A stretch of 63,363 bases of DNA, filler included, from Octopus bimaculoides (Eukaryota), in the NCBI RefSeq assembly GCF_001194135.2. It is 4 parts of 4 records of this genome, joined end to end, with 100 filler letters (N's around TTAATTAATTAA, not from the genome) between each part and the next. Parts side by side here need not be neighbours in the genome. Positions count along the whole stretch, not along the records: positions 16,968 to 46,269 come from NC_068985.1; positions 46,370 to 59,037 come from NC_068987.1; 2 more parts are not named here. One strand, written 5' to 3'. The notes under the pieces are model-generated. The model had not been told where the DNA came from, did not search any database, and worked only from the letters and a program-made list of their open reading frames with translations. Position 1 is the stretch's first letter. Each line of letters begins with the position of its first letter. The position numbers were made by a program, and so were the translations under genes. Positions 35,920 to 48,209 of the stretch are shown in pieces.

Positions 35920-37750
35920 TTTAGGTGCTGACTTCTCATTAAGTACTTCTACCGGTTGGACAGGTGTAATTTGTGGTTGAGTACACGACAATAATTGTAA
36001 TTTAAGCGCATCTTCTGTTTTCAATTTATTTGAAAATTTGAAGCACTCCTGAATCGCCTGAATCCAAGTTTTGTTCATGCAAAATATTTTTTATTTTGTA
36101 ATATTATAATTTTGCAGGCACTGTCGGAAACGTGTTTTTCACTACAGACTTATACATAATTATTGCATAATTAATATATTCCATCTTTTCATTTATGAAA
36201 GTAATGAACTTTTTCTTAATAAATAAATAACTTTACAATCATTAATAACGTAATAACTCTTCTAACAATTACCAATATATATTGAAAGATCGAAATAAAA
36301 ATATCGACGTTTTCTAAGCATTTTACACAAAGTGTATGCAGTAATTTGTAAGCTATTCTTTCTTTAATGTAAATATAACCTAAGTTGTGCCAATATCATA
36401 AATTTTACGGTACACAATTCATGGCAACTAGATACAAATATTTCTCACAATTTATAATATTAGATGTGTGGTATCAAACGATGTATTAAAGCAACACAAT
36501 ATATATACAACAAAATTATAGATGAACTTAACACAGAATATTACAACTTAATAAATTTTAATATTTTGAAGGAAACAAATAAAGGAAACAAATACTTTAA
36601 ATGTTTCAATTAAATGTTCAAAACTTCAAAACTCCATATATGGAACATCCGCTTCAAAACATTTAAAAAATTAGAATAATATTAAAATGAATTTAGTTTT
36701 AACAAGTTTTAAAATTGCTTTTGATTGTTGTTTATTTATTTACTTATTTATTCATTTATTTATTTTCCTTCATCAACAAACACAGTTTTTGTATAAATGA
36801 TACACGTAAAGACAGCTCACATATTATTAACACAGATATATCGACAGTGTTGCATTTCATTTCACGAATCATCTATACTATATATAAAACATAGATGTGT
36901 GTGTAATCGCTTTTCACGTGAAATCGACTTCACCAAATGCTTCCATACTTGTAATGCATGAATAATTTGACCTCGGATAAATCTTAGGCTTTTCATTTGA
37001 TTTTTTTAATTAAAAATAAATAATATTACTTTATATTTAAGATTCACTTCTTTAAAAAGGTTCCTCAATGTCAACTTCCAGTATTGACGTAACAACCGCA
37101 AAAAGCTTCACTTTCTATTTTGTGTGTTCGTGTGTGTGTTCGTGTGTATGAGAGAGAGAGAGAGAGTAAATACTACATACACACCGCTCTCTCACTCTGT
37201 CTCACACACATACACACGCACACACACACCNNNNNNNNNNNNNNNNNNNNNNNNNNNNNNNNNNNNNNNNNNNNNNNNNNNNNNNNNNNNNNNNNNNNNN
37301 NNNNNNNNNNNNNNNNNNNNNNNNNNNNNNNNNNNNNNNNNNNNNNNNNNNNNNNNNNNNNNNNNNNNNNNNNNNNNNNNNNNNNNNNNNNNNNNNNNNN
37401 NNNNNNNNNNNNNNNNNNNNNNNNNNNNNNNNNNNNNNNNNNNNNNNNNNNNNNNNNNNNNNNNNNNNNNNNNNNNNNNNNNNNNNNNNNNNNNNNNNNN
37501 NNNNNNNNNNNNNNNNNNNNNNNNNNNNNNNNNNNNNNNNNNNNNNNNNNNNNNNNNNNNNNNNNNNNNNNNNNNNNNNNNNNNNNNNNNNNNNNNNNNN
37601 NNNNNNNNNNNNNNNNNNNNNNNNNNNNNNNNNNNNNNNNNNNNNNNNNNNNNNNNNNNNNNNNNNNNNNNNNNNNNNNNNNNNNNNNNNNNNNNNNNNN
37701 NNNNNNNNNNNNNNNNNNNNNNNNNNNNNNNNNNNNNNNNNNNNNNNNNN

Positions 37751-37960
37751 CCACGCTCGAAATGGTGTATTTTATGTGCCACCCGCACAAGAGCCAGTCC
37801 AAGGGCACTGACAACGATCCCCATTTTAATTTTCGTAAAAGTTTCCAAGTACCAATGAGGCTTTTTGGCACATCTTCAATTTTCCCCATTCATGAGAGGC
37901 GCCCAGCCATCATTCATCTGAGAGTCCATCTACAGAATGTCCTCAAATTTCTATACAGCA
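37751..37960 (+). mobile_element. Helitron Rep/helicase fragment
   Basis: IFPIHERRPAIIHLRVHLQN resembles the conserved Helitron Rep motif FPIHER.P.V..L.VHL; abuts an N gap. Confidence 0.65.
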
Positions 37961-39439
37961 TATTTTGCCTTTTTTTCTTCAAGTATATAAGCAACAATTT
38001 CATTCCCGAGCAACGCCGGGTGTCTCTGCTAGTATTCTATATAATATGGTAAAATATAATTCATAGTTGCCTTTCAAATTTTGCAGTAAGATGGGTCCTT
38101 GTTTCTGTGTGCATTATGCGAAAGTTTTGTAATGAAATCCGTGTGTATCCGGATACAAAAACGTGTGGTTGAGTGGAAATTCTTATATGTGTATGGATAT
38201 ATGCATGCATGTTGGCCTGCATTTTTCAATATGTTACATAAGAATATATTGCTGAATGAATGTGCAATTGTGTATGTGTGCTTGTTTCTAAAAATGCTTC
38301 TATGTGTTGTTTATAAAAAGTAATAAATCGATATCTTTCTGCTGAGTACAGCGATGCTCACTATATTAGTTTGGCTAAATCGAAAAAAAAAACTATACAT
38401 AATTCCACTATTTTAAAAATAATTTATCGTAATGCTATCGATTTCTAGCTGCTCTTTGCGAAGTTACTGCTATCTATTGTTTTTTCTTCTTTTATCTTCA
38501 TTATTCGATGGCAGCCATGCTTAAGGCCCGCTTTGAAGGGCTTTCATCAATCACATTAACCACAGTGTTTATGTTTAAGTCTGGTGCTTATCTCACCACC
38601 TCTATTCATCGCTTGCTAAGTTTCCTTAACATGAACAAATGCATTATATTTTTCATACGATTTCAAAGTAAATGGAGTCACAGACGAAGAGACACAGAGA
38701 TAGACTCCCAGATACGCACACAAACCCAGGTGTACATACACATGTACGTACACACATGCACACACACAAACACAGGCGCACATACACATGTACGCACACA
38801 CACACACATGTAGATATATACTAACGTTTCTCCATAGACAGGTAGATGCATACATACATGCAGACATACAGACAAAATAACACAGATTCACCATTTTCGG
38901 TTAGTCTTCCAATAGCTGAAGCATAATATGCACTAGTGATAGTAAGTGAAAGCAAAAAAAAAAAATAAAACATTAGCTACATGAAGTTAACATTGCCACC
39001 TATCAAACCGCAATAGTGTCACAGTACTGGAGGAGTAAAATATAGCATTTTTTTGTCGTAACCTGATCATATACGATGGACTTCTTCACAGACTTCAACT
39101 ATTTTCATTGACAACTAATTTATCAACTCGAAGCCATAACAGACACCTTCCCAAGATATGCAGCAGGAATGAACCCGAAAATATATGGTTGAGTAATGAA
39201 ATACTTATCTCACAACCTACACACAGGTTTTTCTTTCTTTGTATATTACACTAATGGGTAACTTATTCCTTGTAAAAACTGTTTCGTCATTCCTGACCTT
39301 GTTGAATATTATTCCAAAGCTTCGTACTGCTAAAAGCATAAAATAAGTCATGTTTGAAATCTACCACTTGATTAAATATCATAACAAGCTCTTTTACTCT
39401 TTTTTTTTTAACTCTGACTTTATTATAAAATATCGTTTT

Positions 39440-39562
39440 ATAATTTTGGCATTACATCAACTCCAGTGTCGAACTGGTACTTATTTTATTGACCCCGAAA
39501 TGATGAAAGGCAAAGGGAAATACCGCTAAGCATTTTACCTGGTATACTAACTTCGCCGCCTT
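39440..39562 (-). mobile_element. SINE family A, internally deleted
   Basis: ACTGGTACTTATTTTATTGACCCCGAAATGATGAAAGGCAAAG fused to GAAATACCGCTAAGCATTTT..TTCGCCGCC. Confidence 0.8.
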
Positions 39563-39639
39563 GTAATATTTTATATTATTGGTTTTCTGAATGAGTTGAG
39601 TGACACTACATCCTCAAAGGAGTGCAAAATGCAATGGTG

Positions 39640-39942
39640 ATGATGGTAGTCTCCCGAAGGCCTAGGAAAACGGCTGAGCAATTGTTTGCAGAACAACCTG
39701 CACAAATGATTTTGTACATAGTGATCTGATGCATGTGCTGTACTTTACTCACCCCCTCCAACAAATCGACGTCTACTGAATAGATTCGCACTGTAACACT
39801 CCTTCAAGTATCGAAGTAATCGCAGAGCAACGCGAGATGAATTGTTTTGCACAAGAAGAAAACGCACTACCCGCTGCGGGAATTGAAGTTATGATCACGC
39901 GACCATGAATGCAACACCCTAACCACTAAGCCATGCGCTCTT
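39640..39942 (-). mobile_element. CORE-type SINE family B
   Basis: CAACACCCTAACCACTAAGCCATGCGC is the reverse complement of a tRNA-like head; body homologous to 31348-31642. Confidence 0.8.
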
Positions 39943-39964
39943 ACACAGAGTAATGAAATATATT

Positions 39965-40168
39965 CTCTTTCAAATTCTGGCACTAATCCAGTATGTTCGG
40001 GGGAGTGGGATCAACTGATTACATCAACCTCATTGCTCAACTGGTACTTATATTCTCGACTCTTAACTGATGAAATGCAAGGTCAACCTCGGAGGAATTT
40101 GATCACAGTCGGTAAAGACAGACGAAATGCCACTAAGCATTTTGCCAGGTTGACAGTTTGTCGCCTTA
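39965..40168 (-). mobile_element. SINE family A, diverged
   Basis: CAACTGGTACTTAT..GGTCAACCTCGGAGGAATTTGA..CACTAAGCATTTTGCC. Confidence 0.8.
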
Positions 40169-41471
40169 CATGCATGAAATATATTGGTATTAACTTACAG
40201 TATCTAACGTAAAGATAAACTTCATAAATACATAATATTTCAAACAATCAGCATATCCTACGATCAAAATCCCTTACATCTGTATATGATTTAATCCTTT
40301 TTCCTTTTAGAAGAACAAAATGTAGTAATAAGATCCAAAACACTTATGGAAGACGAACAGCAATATGATAAAGACTAATCAAACTATTACCTTAAAATAC
40401 ATCGAAAGAAAAATATATACAAGTGTGAATATGGATGTTTGATTAAAAAATTCACTTCTCAGCCTCGTGTACAGGGTTCGACCATAGAACATGACATCTT
40501 CGACCAACATCCTCTGTAGAAGTGTTGGTGTTGCTGTTACAGATGTGATGAAATGCTCTATATATTATTAATGTTACTTAATTACTGGTTTCTAATTTAT
40601 CCATTGAGATGCATAACTTTAATATATGCACCCGTAATATACCGCGATGCATAACTCAAAATATCTTTGTAATATTGTACAACCGAATCAATACTAATAT
40701 TTTCTTTCACTAACTATCACACTGCCCCTAGGAAATTCGTAACTCATCACCTGTTAAAGCATGTTTTATAAAGAGACATAACTCATCTATGGACCATCTG
40801 TCTGAAGGAACGAAGTAAAACGTGTAAAGCAAGGAATGTGTGTCTGTGAGTGTGTGTATGCATGAGTGTGTTTGTGCACATGCGTGTTTAAGTGTGATCC
40901 ATAGAATCGCTTCCAAATATTTCTCGCATTTAATGTAATGGCAACGGACGTCGGTTAATTTCAGTAACCATTCAACAAGAGATTATCCATTGGTGGGTAC
41001 GTGGTATTTTCTTTATGCACCCATAATATACTATAAAGTATATTAAATCTTTTTATAAGTCAACACCACGTCCTACTTCGTTAGCAGTGCTTATTACATT
41101 ATTTTCTTAATGTTATTTCTACATCTGACATTTCGATACGAAACGTTTTAACAAAAGTAATATCACCCATATAGTTGGAAACAGCTGTTAAATCTTCACC
41201 AAATCATATCTTACAATCTACAAAGCCTATACTACAGTTTTATGTTGCAAATGCATTTGCGAGTGTAGTTTCTGCTTTATGCATTCCGATATATGCACTT
41301 GAAAACTGAAACATTTTACAGCATGAATGTTTTCGAAAAGAGATTTGCAGTAGTCTGCAGCAAACAAAATAATTCGAAACAACAACGAGAAAAGCCAACT
41401 CGGAAATCGCAAGAATTTCTAGACATAGTATATAAATACCTTAGATCATAAATTCGTTCGGTTGGTATGTA

Positions 41472-42339
41472 GAAGGTGCGATGAATATATTGTCGTCTAA
41501 ATTACGCAAAAATTAAAATAACAAAAATGAAAATTATCTCATTTTAAAAGATATATTTACGAAAATTACATAAAACTATCTTGAAATACTAAAGAGTAAA
41601 TGTATTCAATAAAATCACCATTAACTTCAGCCACGGCCTCTAGACAGCTTCGGAATCTCCTGAAATTCTTCTGAACGGTCTCCTTGTTTACGTTGGTGAA
41701 TGCTGCCTTCAATTCTCTTAGGTGTTACAAGAAGTTTTTGTTGGTCTCTCGCTCAACTGCGCCCCACACATAATAATCAAGGATGTTGCAGTCTGGTGAG
41801 TTAGGTGACCAGATGTTAGGGATGACGTAGTCGCAGAAATTGTCTGATAGCCATGACTGGGTTCTCCTGCTTGTGTGACATGGTACAGAGTCCTGTTGGC
41901 AGACATAAGGTCTTCCAGCAGCCAACCTCCTGACTCATAGCAGCACTACTTCCTCTAGGCACTTGATTTAGGCCTCCGTTTTGAGTCTGAGGTCGTGAGG
42001 GAAGGTGAGTGTAGGCATAACGTCGCCATCACTAGGGATCGCTCCAGACATCACGATGTTGACTGGATGTTTGATTTTTATCACAATTGGTGCATATCCT
42101 CAGATTGACAACCCATAATTCTGAAATGTTCGTATTGGAAAATCCGGTGCGAAAGCCAAGTAGTACAGTATGTCGTTTCCAAAGAGAAATCCAGAGTGAA
42201 TTGCGTTTGCTACTCTTTCTCTGACAGACGGTGCCCAACTGACCCTACTACACTGTGTGGTCAATAAAGTCAAAAACAAACAATGCACATGAGTGAAATT
42301 AAAAATATAAAATGACGACAATTTACACATTGCACCCTG
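41472..42339 (-). mobile_element. Internally deleted Tc1/mariner element with both TIRs and TA TSD
   Basis: QQDSVPCHTS..WSPNSPDCNILDYYVWGAVERE is the mariner catalytic region (WPPNSPDLNPLDY-like). TIR (CA)GGGTGCAATGTGTAAATTGTCGTC at both ends; TA at 41470-41471 and 42340-42341. Confidence 0.88.
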
Positions 42340-42404
42340 TATATGACAATGTAATCGCAGATGCGGAATATATATATGTATATATATATACACATACATA
42401 CACG

Positions 42405-42452
<48 letters not shown>

Positions 42453-42529
42453 ACTAGCTGTCAGTATCGATACCGCATGCATCGACCTCACTACTTATTT
42501 TCTAAAAGTCTAATATTTATTCTATCGGT

Positions 42530-42800
42530 ATCTTAGGTCAAACCGCTAAGTTACTGGGACGTAAACACACTAACACCAGTTGTCAAGTGGTGGTGGGGAG
42601 AAACAAACACACACACACACACATTTATATGTATATGTAGCCATATATATGACATAGTCTTCTCAGTTTCCGTCTACCAAAGCCACTTAGAAACAAGGCA
42701 TTGGTAGAATGGTCACCCAGAGTGACAGGGAGTGGGACTGAACCCGGAAGCCTGTGGCTGGGAAGCAAGCTTCTTACCACACAGCCATCCCTGCTCCTAT
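42530..42800 (-). mobile_element. SINE family C
   Basis: AACCGCTAAGTTACTGGGACGTAAAC..CAGTTTCCGTCTACCAAA..GGGACTGAACCCGG..CTTACCACACAGCC. Confidence 0.85.
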
Positions 42801-43429
42801 AGATATTTACATACATACACTGACCAAAGTATGTTTAAGACCGATGACGACAGTTTTATTCCTTCTGTAATTTATTTATAACAAAACTGTACAAAATTAT
42901 TGTACTTCTTACAGTTTATGTAGAATGTATTCCTCTTTACAACGATATAGGATTTATAAACCTTTCTACAATTTGAATAATTTTAATACGCAATTCATTC
43001 AAATTATTAAAAGTGTGGGCAAAATAAGTTTTATGACCGTACCAACATTATTTTGTTTAAGACAGTACCAGATTATGCAAATTAATAAACCAAATGGATA
43101 GTCATATGGCTTGTCGTACTGCACTGTTTTATTTCATAATCGAGCATTGTTACACATTAATTCGTGTAGAAGTAAAGTCCCATGCTCAGAGTGCTCAAGC
43201 AATGAACATGGACAGTGTGGCAATCAGTGAGACCAACATTTCCAAGGCACGAGCCTTCACACCCAACTTATGGTATAGATGAATCTCCTAGTCGGCAAGA
43301 CTTCTTTATTTAGATTATCTTCCTGTAAGGAATGGGATAATCAGTGTTGGTAAAAGTAACCAACGGCAAAGACATAGCTTGCTACATGTAAGACCTTACA
43401 CGAGTGGTTTGCTTGCTTTGCTTTTTTTT

Positions 43430-44500
43430 TGTTGTGAATTAGTACGAGACCATAATGCCTACTTGAATTCACTGTGAGAATGTGGAACTGGCCGATTGGA
43501 GTTAGGTACAAACCAGCTCAATCTTTTCCAACTGTATCAGGTCATCCAGAAAGTATAGATTGTTCAAAATTGGAAGTGGCAAGCTCCACATCATAAATTG
43601 TAATCTGTATGATCAATCTAGTCTGGTTTTAAATGCAAGCGATTACTAGAAGTTGGGCAGATAGAATGTCATGCTTTCAGAGATCGGAGAAGGCACTTCT
43701 CAACAACATACGTAGGTTCACCAAGAATAGGGCAAGGAGAGTAAAAGGGTGAGGTTTAGTAAACATGTATTGACACAGAGAATACTTAATTAGCGGAAGA
43801 CAGAAATCTAAAACTGTTACTGTGGAAAGGTATTTCAACTGAAGTATTTGCTGCAACATTGATCTTCGAAAAATACTTGAAGAGAGGTACGAAGTCTGCC
43901 TTGGCAGAGCTAAGTTTCAATTCTAAAGACAGAAATGTATGCAATGTGTGATAGAGCCGTGTGACAAATGCCAAATGCACCATGTGGTTATAAAGGCCCA
44001 ATCTGATATGCGGCGGACGATGTTGAGCACTTGCCGATTCCACGCAACTGTATGCAGCTTGTAAACAGTATTTATATCGATTGTTCGTGCGAGTTTGGAG
44101 TGCTGAATAACAGTATGGTCATCAATCGTTTTCACGACAGCTGGCTGTGACATTCGGCAGTGGCATCCGAGTGTTGCAAAACGTAGCTCGAATAAGAGAA
44201 ACCATGTCTGGTTGCACACGGTTCTAACTGACTGATTTGTTTCATCTTCCCTGCGAGCGTTATGCTGATATGTTAGAAATCGTTCGGTAAACTCCAAGAC
44301 GAGGTCTTCCTCTTCAGGCATTGTAAATGAAGAATTTCCGGTCCTGTGAGCCAAGAAATGATGACATTGCTGAGTAAAGGCTCGAGCATTCACGCTGATT
44401 TTCTGATTGGTTAGGCGCAGGTAAATACCATTCTAAACAGATCAAATCACGATAACCTGCAAATCCATGCGATATCACAGAACAGTTGTTTAATGAAACA
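43430..44500 (+). mobile_element. Possible highly degenerate Gypsy-type pol relic
   Basis: Fragmentary motifs in plausible order: APHHKL..ECHAF (RT connection-like), LRKILEE..CLGRAK..CDKCQMH (integrase HHCC-like), LPIP..ID. Many stops; weak call. Confidence 0.3.
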
Positions 44501-45110
44501 GGCACGTTTAGAAAGCTGATCAATTTAGATCAGTCGAAACTTTTTATATATAGAGTAGACCACTAATACTTGGTAGTTGTTAGTTTCATTTCCATCTTTT
44601 GCGGAGGGATCTCTGCAATGTACAGCGATATCTATTTATTTCATTGTTAGCTGGACGATGACCTACTGAACAATTCAGTATGATACTTTCAGTCAGTTGA
44701 GATTGTACATTCTCGTCCGTTCGATACATACTGTCTCTTCAGGGACAACAACGGGAAAAAGAAACATTTAGATGGATTCCGGGAGACCCGGGATACCGAA
44801 GATCTTGTGCTAGCACAAGGGCACAACGTTACAGAAAATAGTGCCAGATACATGGCACATCACGTTCATTGATATGGACTGCAATGTCATTACAGAAACA
44901 TAACTCAAAAAAGAAATATCAATAGGCCTGCTGCTTACTCCAGGGTCGGTAGGTTCTTGCTAACCGAGAGGTGGGACGCTGGAAGTACAGACGAAAACAC
45001 CAGTATATATATATATATATATATATNNNNNNNNNNNNNNNNNNNNNNNNNNNNNNNNNNNNNNNNNNNNNNNNNNNNNNNNNNNNNNNNNNNNNNNNNN
45101 NNNNNNNNNN

Positions 45111-45600
45111 AATGTACGTAAAAAAACAACAGATGAGGACAGGTGGTGTAAACAACAAAAGGATGTATTAGTTTGACGCTAGGGATACAGAAAGTCTTTA
45201 ACGTTTCGAGCTACGCTCTTCAACAGAAAGAATACGGAGAAAACAAGGAGAAAAACACGGAGAAAAAAAATTGAATGGTCTTTGGTCAACGATCAAAGGA
45301 AAATATAAAGATGATAAAGGTAATATAGGAGGTTTGCATAAGTGGAAAAGTTCAAAAGTTCAGAAGTGTTTTAGACGTCGTGGTATATTGAGGCGATTTC
45401 CAATAAGAAGATGGGTCCAGTGTAATTCGTCGGTAGGAGAGGTGCAGCCGGAGGGTGTAGAGTTCAGAATAAAACAGTCCAGAAAGAGTAAATCCAGAAT
45501 GAAAGACGGTAGAATCCAGAAGTTCGTGTTTGACGAGTGGAGACAGGATTGTTTACCTTACATCGCATTTTGTGTGTCTGTATATTTGAGAAGCTAGAGA
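45111..45600 (-). mobile_element. PLE-derived element end (pLTR) with hammerhead motif
   Basis: Minus strand GCGTCAAACTAATACATCC..TTGTTGTTTACACCACCTGTCCTCATCTG is homologous to 25050-25100 and 58981-59037. Confidence 0.8.
45195..45231 (-). ncRNA. Minimal type I hammerhead ribozyme motif (CUGUUGA core)
   Basis: UCUUU-CUGUUGA-A-GAGC gua GCUC-GAAA-CGU-U-AAAGA: perfect 5-bp stem I, 4-bp stem II, palindromic ACGU stem III, GUU triplet. Confidence 0.65.
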
Positions 45601-46699
45601 ATTTGGGAGCGGGAGATACATGGGAGGAGATACAAATTCAACTATATGCATTGTGATATTTGTTTTCCTTTTGTATTTTCTTACTAAATTCTACAGCTTC
45701 CCTGAGCTATATCATTTTTAAACACCTTATAGTTTTATTCATTTTTTCTGATCTATTTTTATACTCTATACCACATTAAATCATTGCAAATCTTTAATTG
45801 TATTCATTTTATTAGGAAATTGCATTTCTCGCTTTATCCCTTGTAGCCCTCTATTGCCTAATTCAGATATCGTGTTACATTTCTTTGAACTCGTATCTAA
45901 ATTAACTAACTTTATGGCAAGTGACATGCATGTTGAGTAAATTAATCCATATTAATTCGTGTCAGGGACGATTGTTGCGCTCAAAGAAGGAATGTAGCCT
46001 TCAGAATGTTTTCGACCAAAGCCTTTACTTCCCTAATAATTGTAAACCTTCTTCAATATTTGAAAAGAACTTTTGAAAATGACATCCAAAGTTTATTTTC
46101 ATTCAACCTGTTAATCAATACCTTTAAAACTTTCAATTATACTAACCTCTCTTGGACTGTAATAGAATATATTATGCATCATAAAATGACGTGCTACAAG
46201 ATAGTGAGATTTCACTAGATGAGATTCTTATTAAACGTCTTAATACATTCATATATATATATATATATANNNNNNNNNNNNNNNNNNNNNNNNNNNNNNN
46301 NNNNNNNNNNNNNTTAATTAATTAANNNNNNNNNNNNNNNNNNNNNNNNNNNNNNNNNNNNNNNNNNNNTATATATATATATATGTATATATATATACAT
46401 GCATATATATAAACATATATACATACTTACATACATAAACGTGTGTGTGCATGCGTGTGTGTGTGTGTAAGTGTGTTCGTGTGTGTATGTTTTTGTATTC
46501 ATTTGTATGTATAGGATGAATTTCCCTATTCCATAGAAGCCTGAGCATTCAGAAGCTTCGTAAAGAATTCCATACTGCAAGACATAGAGTTAAATATAAG
46601 AATTCATGAATGCATTAATTTAGAGATCTATGAATCTCATTCGATCATTTTGATCTCAGAATTAACGAGAGAAAAATTCTGTATATGTGTTGATAACAT

Positions 46700-47220
46700 G
46701 GATTAGAATTTAGAAAGAACTCAAAATAGGAGCTGAAAGCTTCAGAAACTGAGGCGAATATATGCAACATTACTGATTTTAAATTAAAATTATAGCCGTT
46801 ATGGACCTTATTTGGGATCATATCTACCGTTTGAGTTTACCATTCTACGTTAGAGATAACGAATAGGGGGAAAGATTAATTTCAAGAAAAACAGAAGTAA
46901 ACTTAACCACAGTGCACAACGATTGCAAAATCTTGCAAATATTTAGAACGGATATCACAGGAAGATCAGAGATTCAAATGTAATATGAATTCTATAAAAG
47001 AGAGGCAAGGAAATCAAATTAAAGGTCGTATAAAACTTAGAACCTATGAAGTAATAGATATGGTAATCGAGTAGAGAAGATTAGAAGTTACGATATTGAG
47101 TCATAAATTTACGTGTGATTAACTTTACTAGCGAAAGATGCTGCATTAATCGTTTAAAGGGGTAAAATAATACCCTGAAGAAGCAGGTTCTTAGAAGGTG
47201 CCGAAAACAGATTGCAGTTG
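46700..47220 (+). mobile_element. Degenerate PLE 3' end with hammerhead relic
   Basis: Weak GIY-YIG-like remnants (TVH.., FYK..) followed by CTGAAGAAGCA..TGCCGAAA at 47175-47206. Confidence 0.35.
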
Positions 47221-47394
47221 ATCTTCAGTGAGCTTGATTATAGTAACAGTTACGGAAAAAGTGATGAGACAGTGACAGAAGTACATAAGTTGCTCAAGAT
47301 GCAAGCAGTGATTGACATGAGCAAAATGACTCCCGTAAAAGAAATACGTTAGGACAGGTGCACGCAATCATATATTTACGTAACAAATATATAT

Positions 47395-47505
47395 ACGTGG
47401 TATCTTGGGCAAGTGATTTTTACAATAGCCCCATATCTAGTAAATCTCTTTAAGTGGATTTGAAAGATAGCAACTGAAAGAGGCCCGTCATACAAAAATA
47501 GTTTA
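47395..47505 (+). mobile_element. SINE family C fragment
   Basis: GTGGTATCTTGGGCAAGTG..AGTGGATTTGAAAGATAGCAACTGAAAGAGGCCCGTC followed by a TA/TG tract. Confidence 0.7.
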
Positions 47506-48209
47506 ATGCATGCATGCAAACATACGTGTATGTATATATATATATATATATATATATGTATGCATGTATGTATATATATATATATATANNNNNNNNNNNN
47601 NNNNNNNNNNNNNNNNNNNNNNNNNNNNNNNNNNNNNNNNNNNNNNNNNNCATATATACACATACATGCATACATACATTCATTTATTCATTCATACATA
47701 CATACAAACGTACGTGCGTACATACATAAACACATACATACACACATACATATATACATACATACATATATAAATGTTAATGTGCGTATTGTGTCTGTCC
47801 ATCACCGCTCGTATGTATGTATAGACACTTATGTATGTATGCAAATATATATGTGTATATGTGCGCGCGCGTGTGTGTGTGTGTCTGTGTGTCCGAGTGT
47901 CTGTGTGTTCAAATGTAATTAGACGCACCGCTTGTAAACATTGCCTCTCATCTCATTCAGGAATGATGGATACCGATATTTCACATTTTTTGTAGGTGAG
48001 TTGTCGCTCCTCTGAGGTGTTTTAACAGCGCAATGATGGACGCTATTTTCAGGAAACTGGCAAACAAACAAAACATATACACTGAGTACGTGTGGTCGAT
48101 GATGTTTTCAATGGGGCTGCTTTTTAATCGTTATTTAATTGCATCTTACAAATACGCATCTTCGAGGCGCACCAGCAAATTGTTTATAAACTATTTATAT
48201 ATGGTTATA

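Noticed and set aside
43923-44393. 156-aa minus-strand ORF
   Set aside because: No recognisable domain or splice support; the plus strand shows weak Gypsy-like remnants, so it is probably an antisense or chance ORF.
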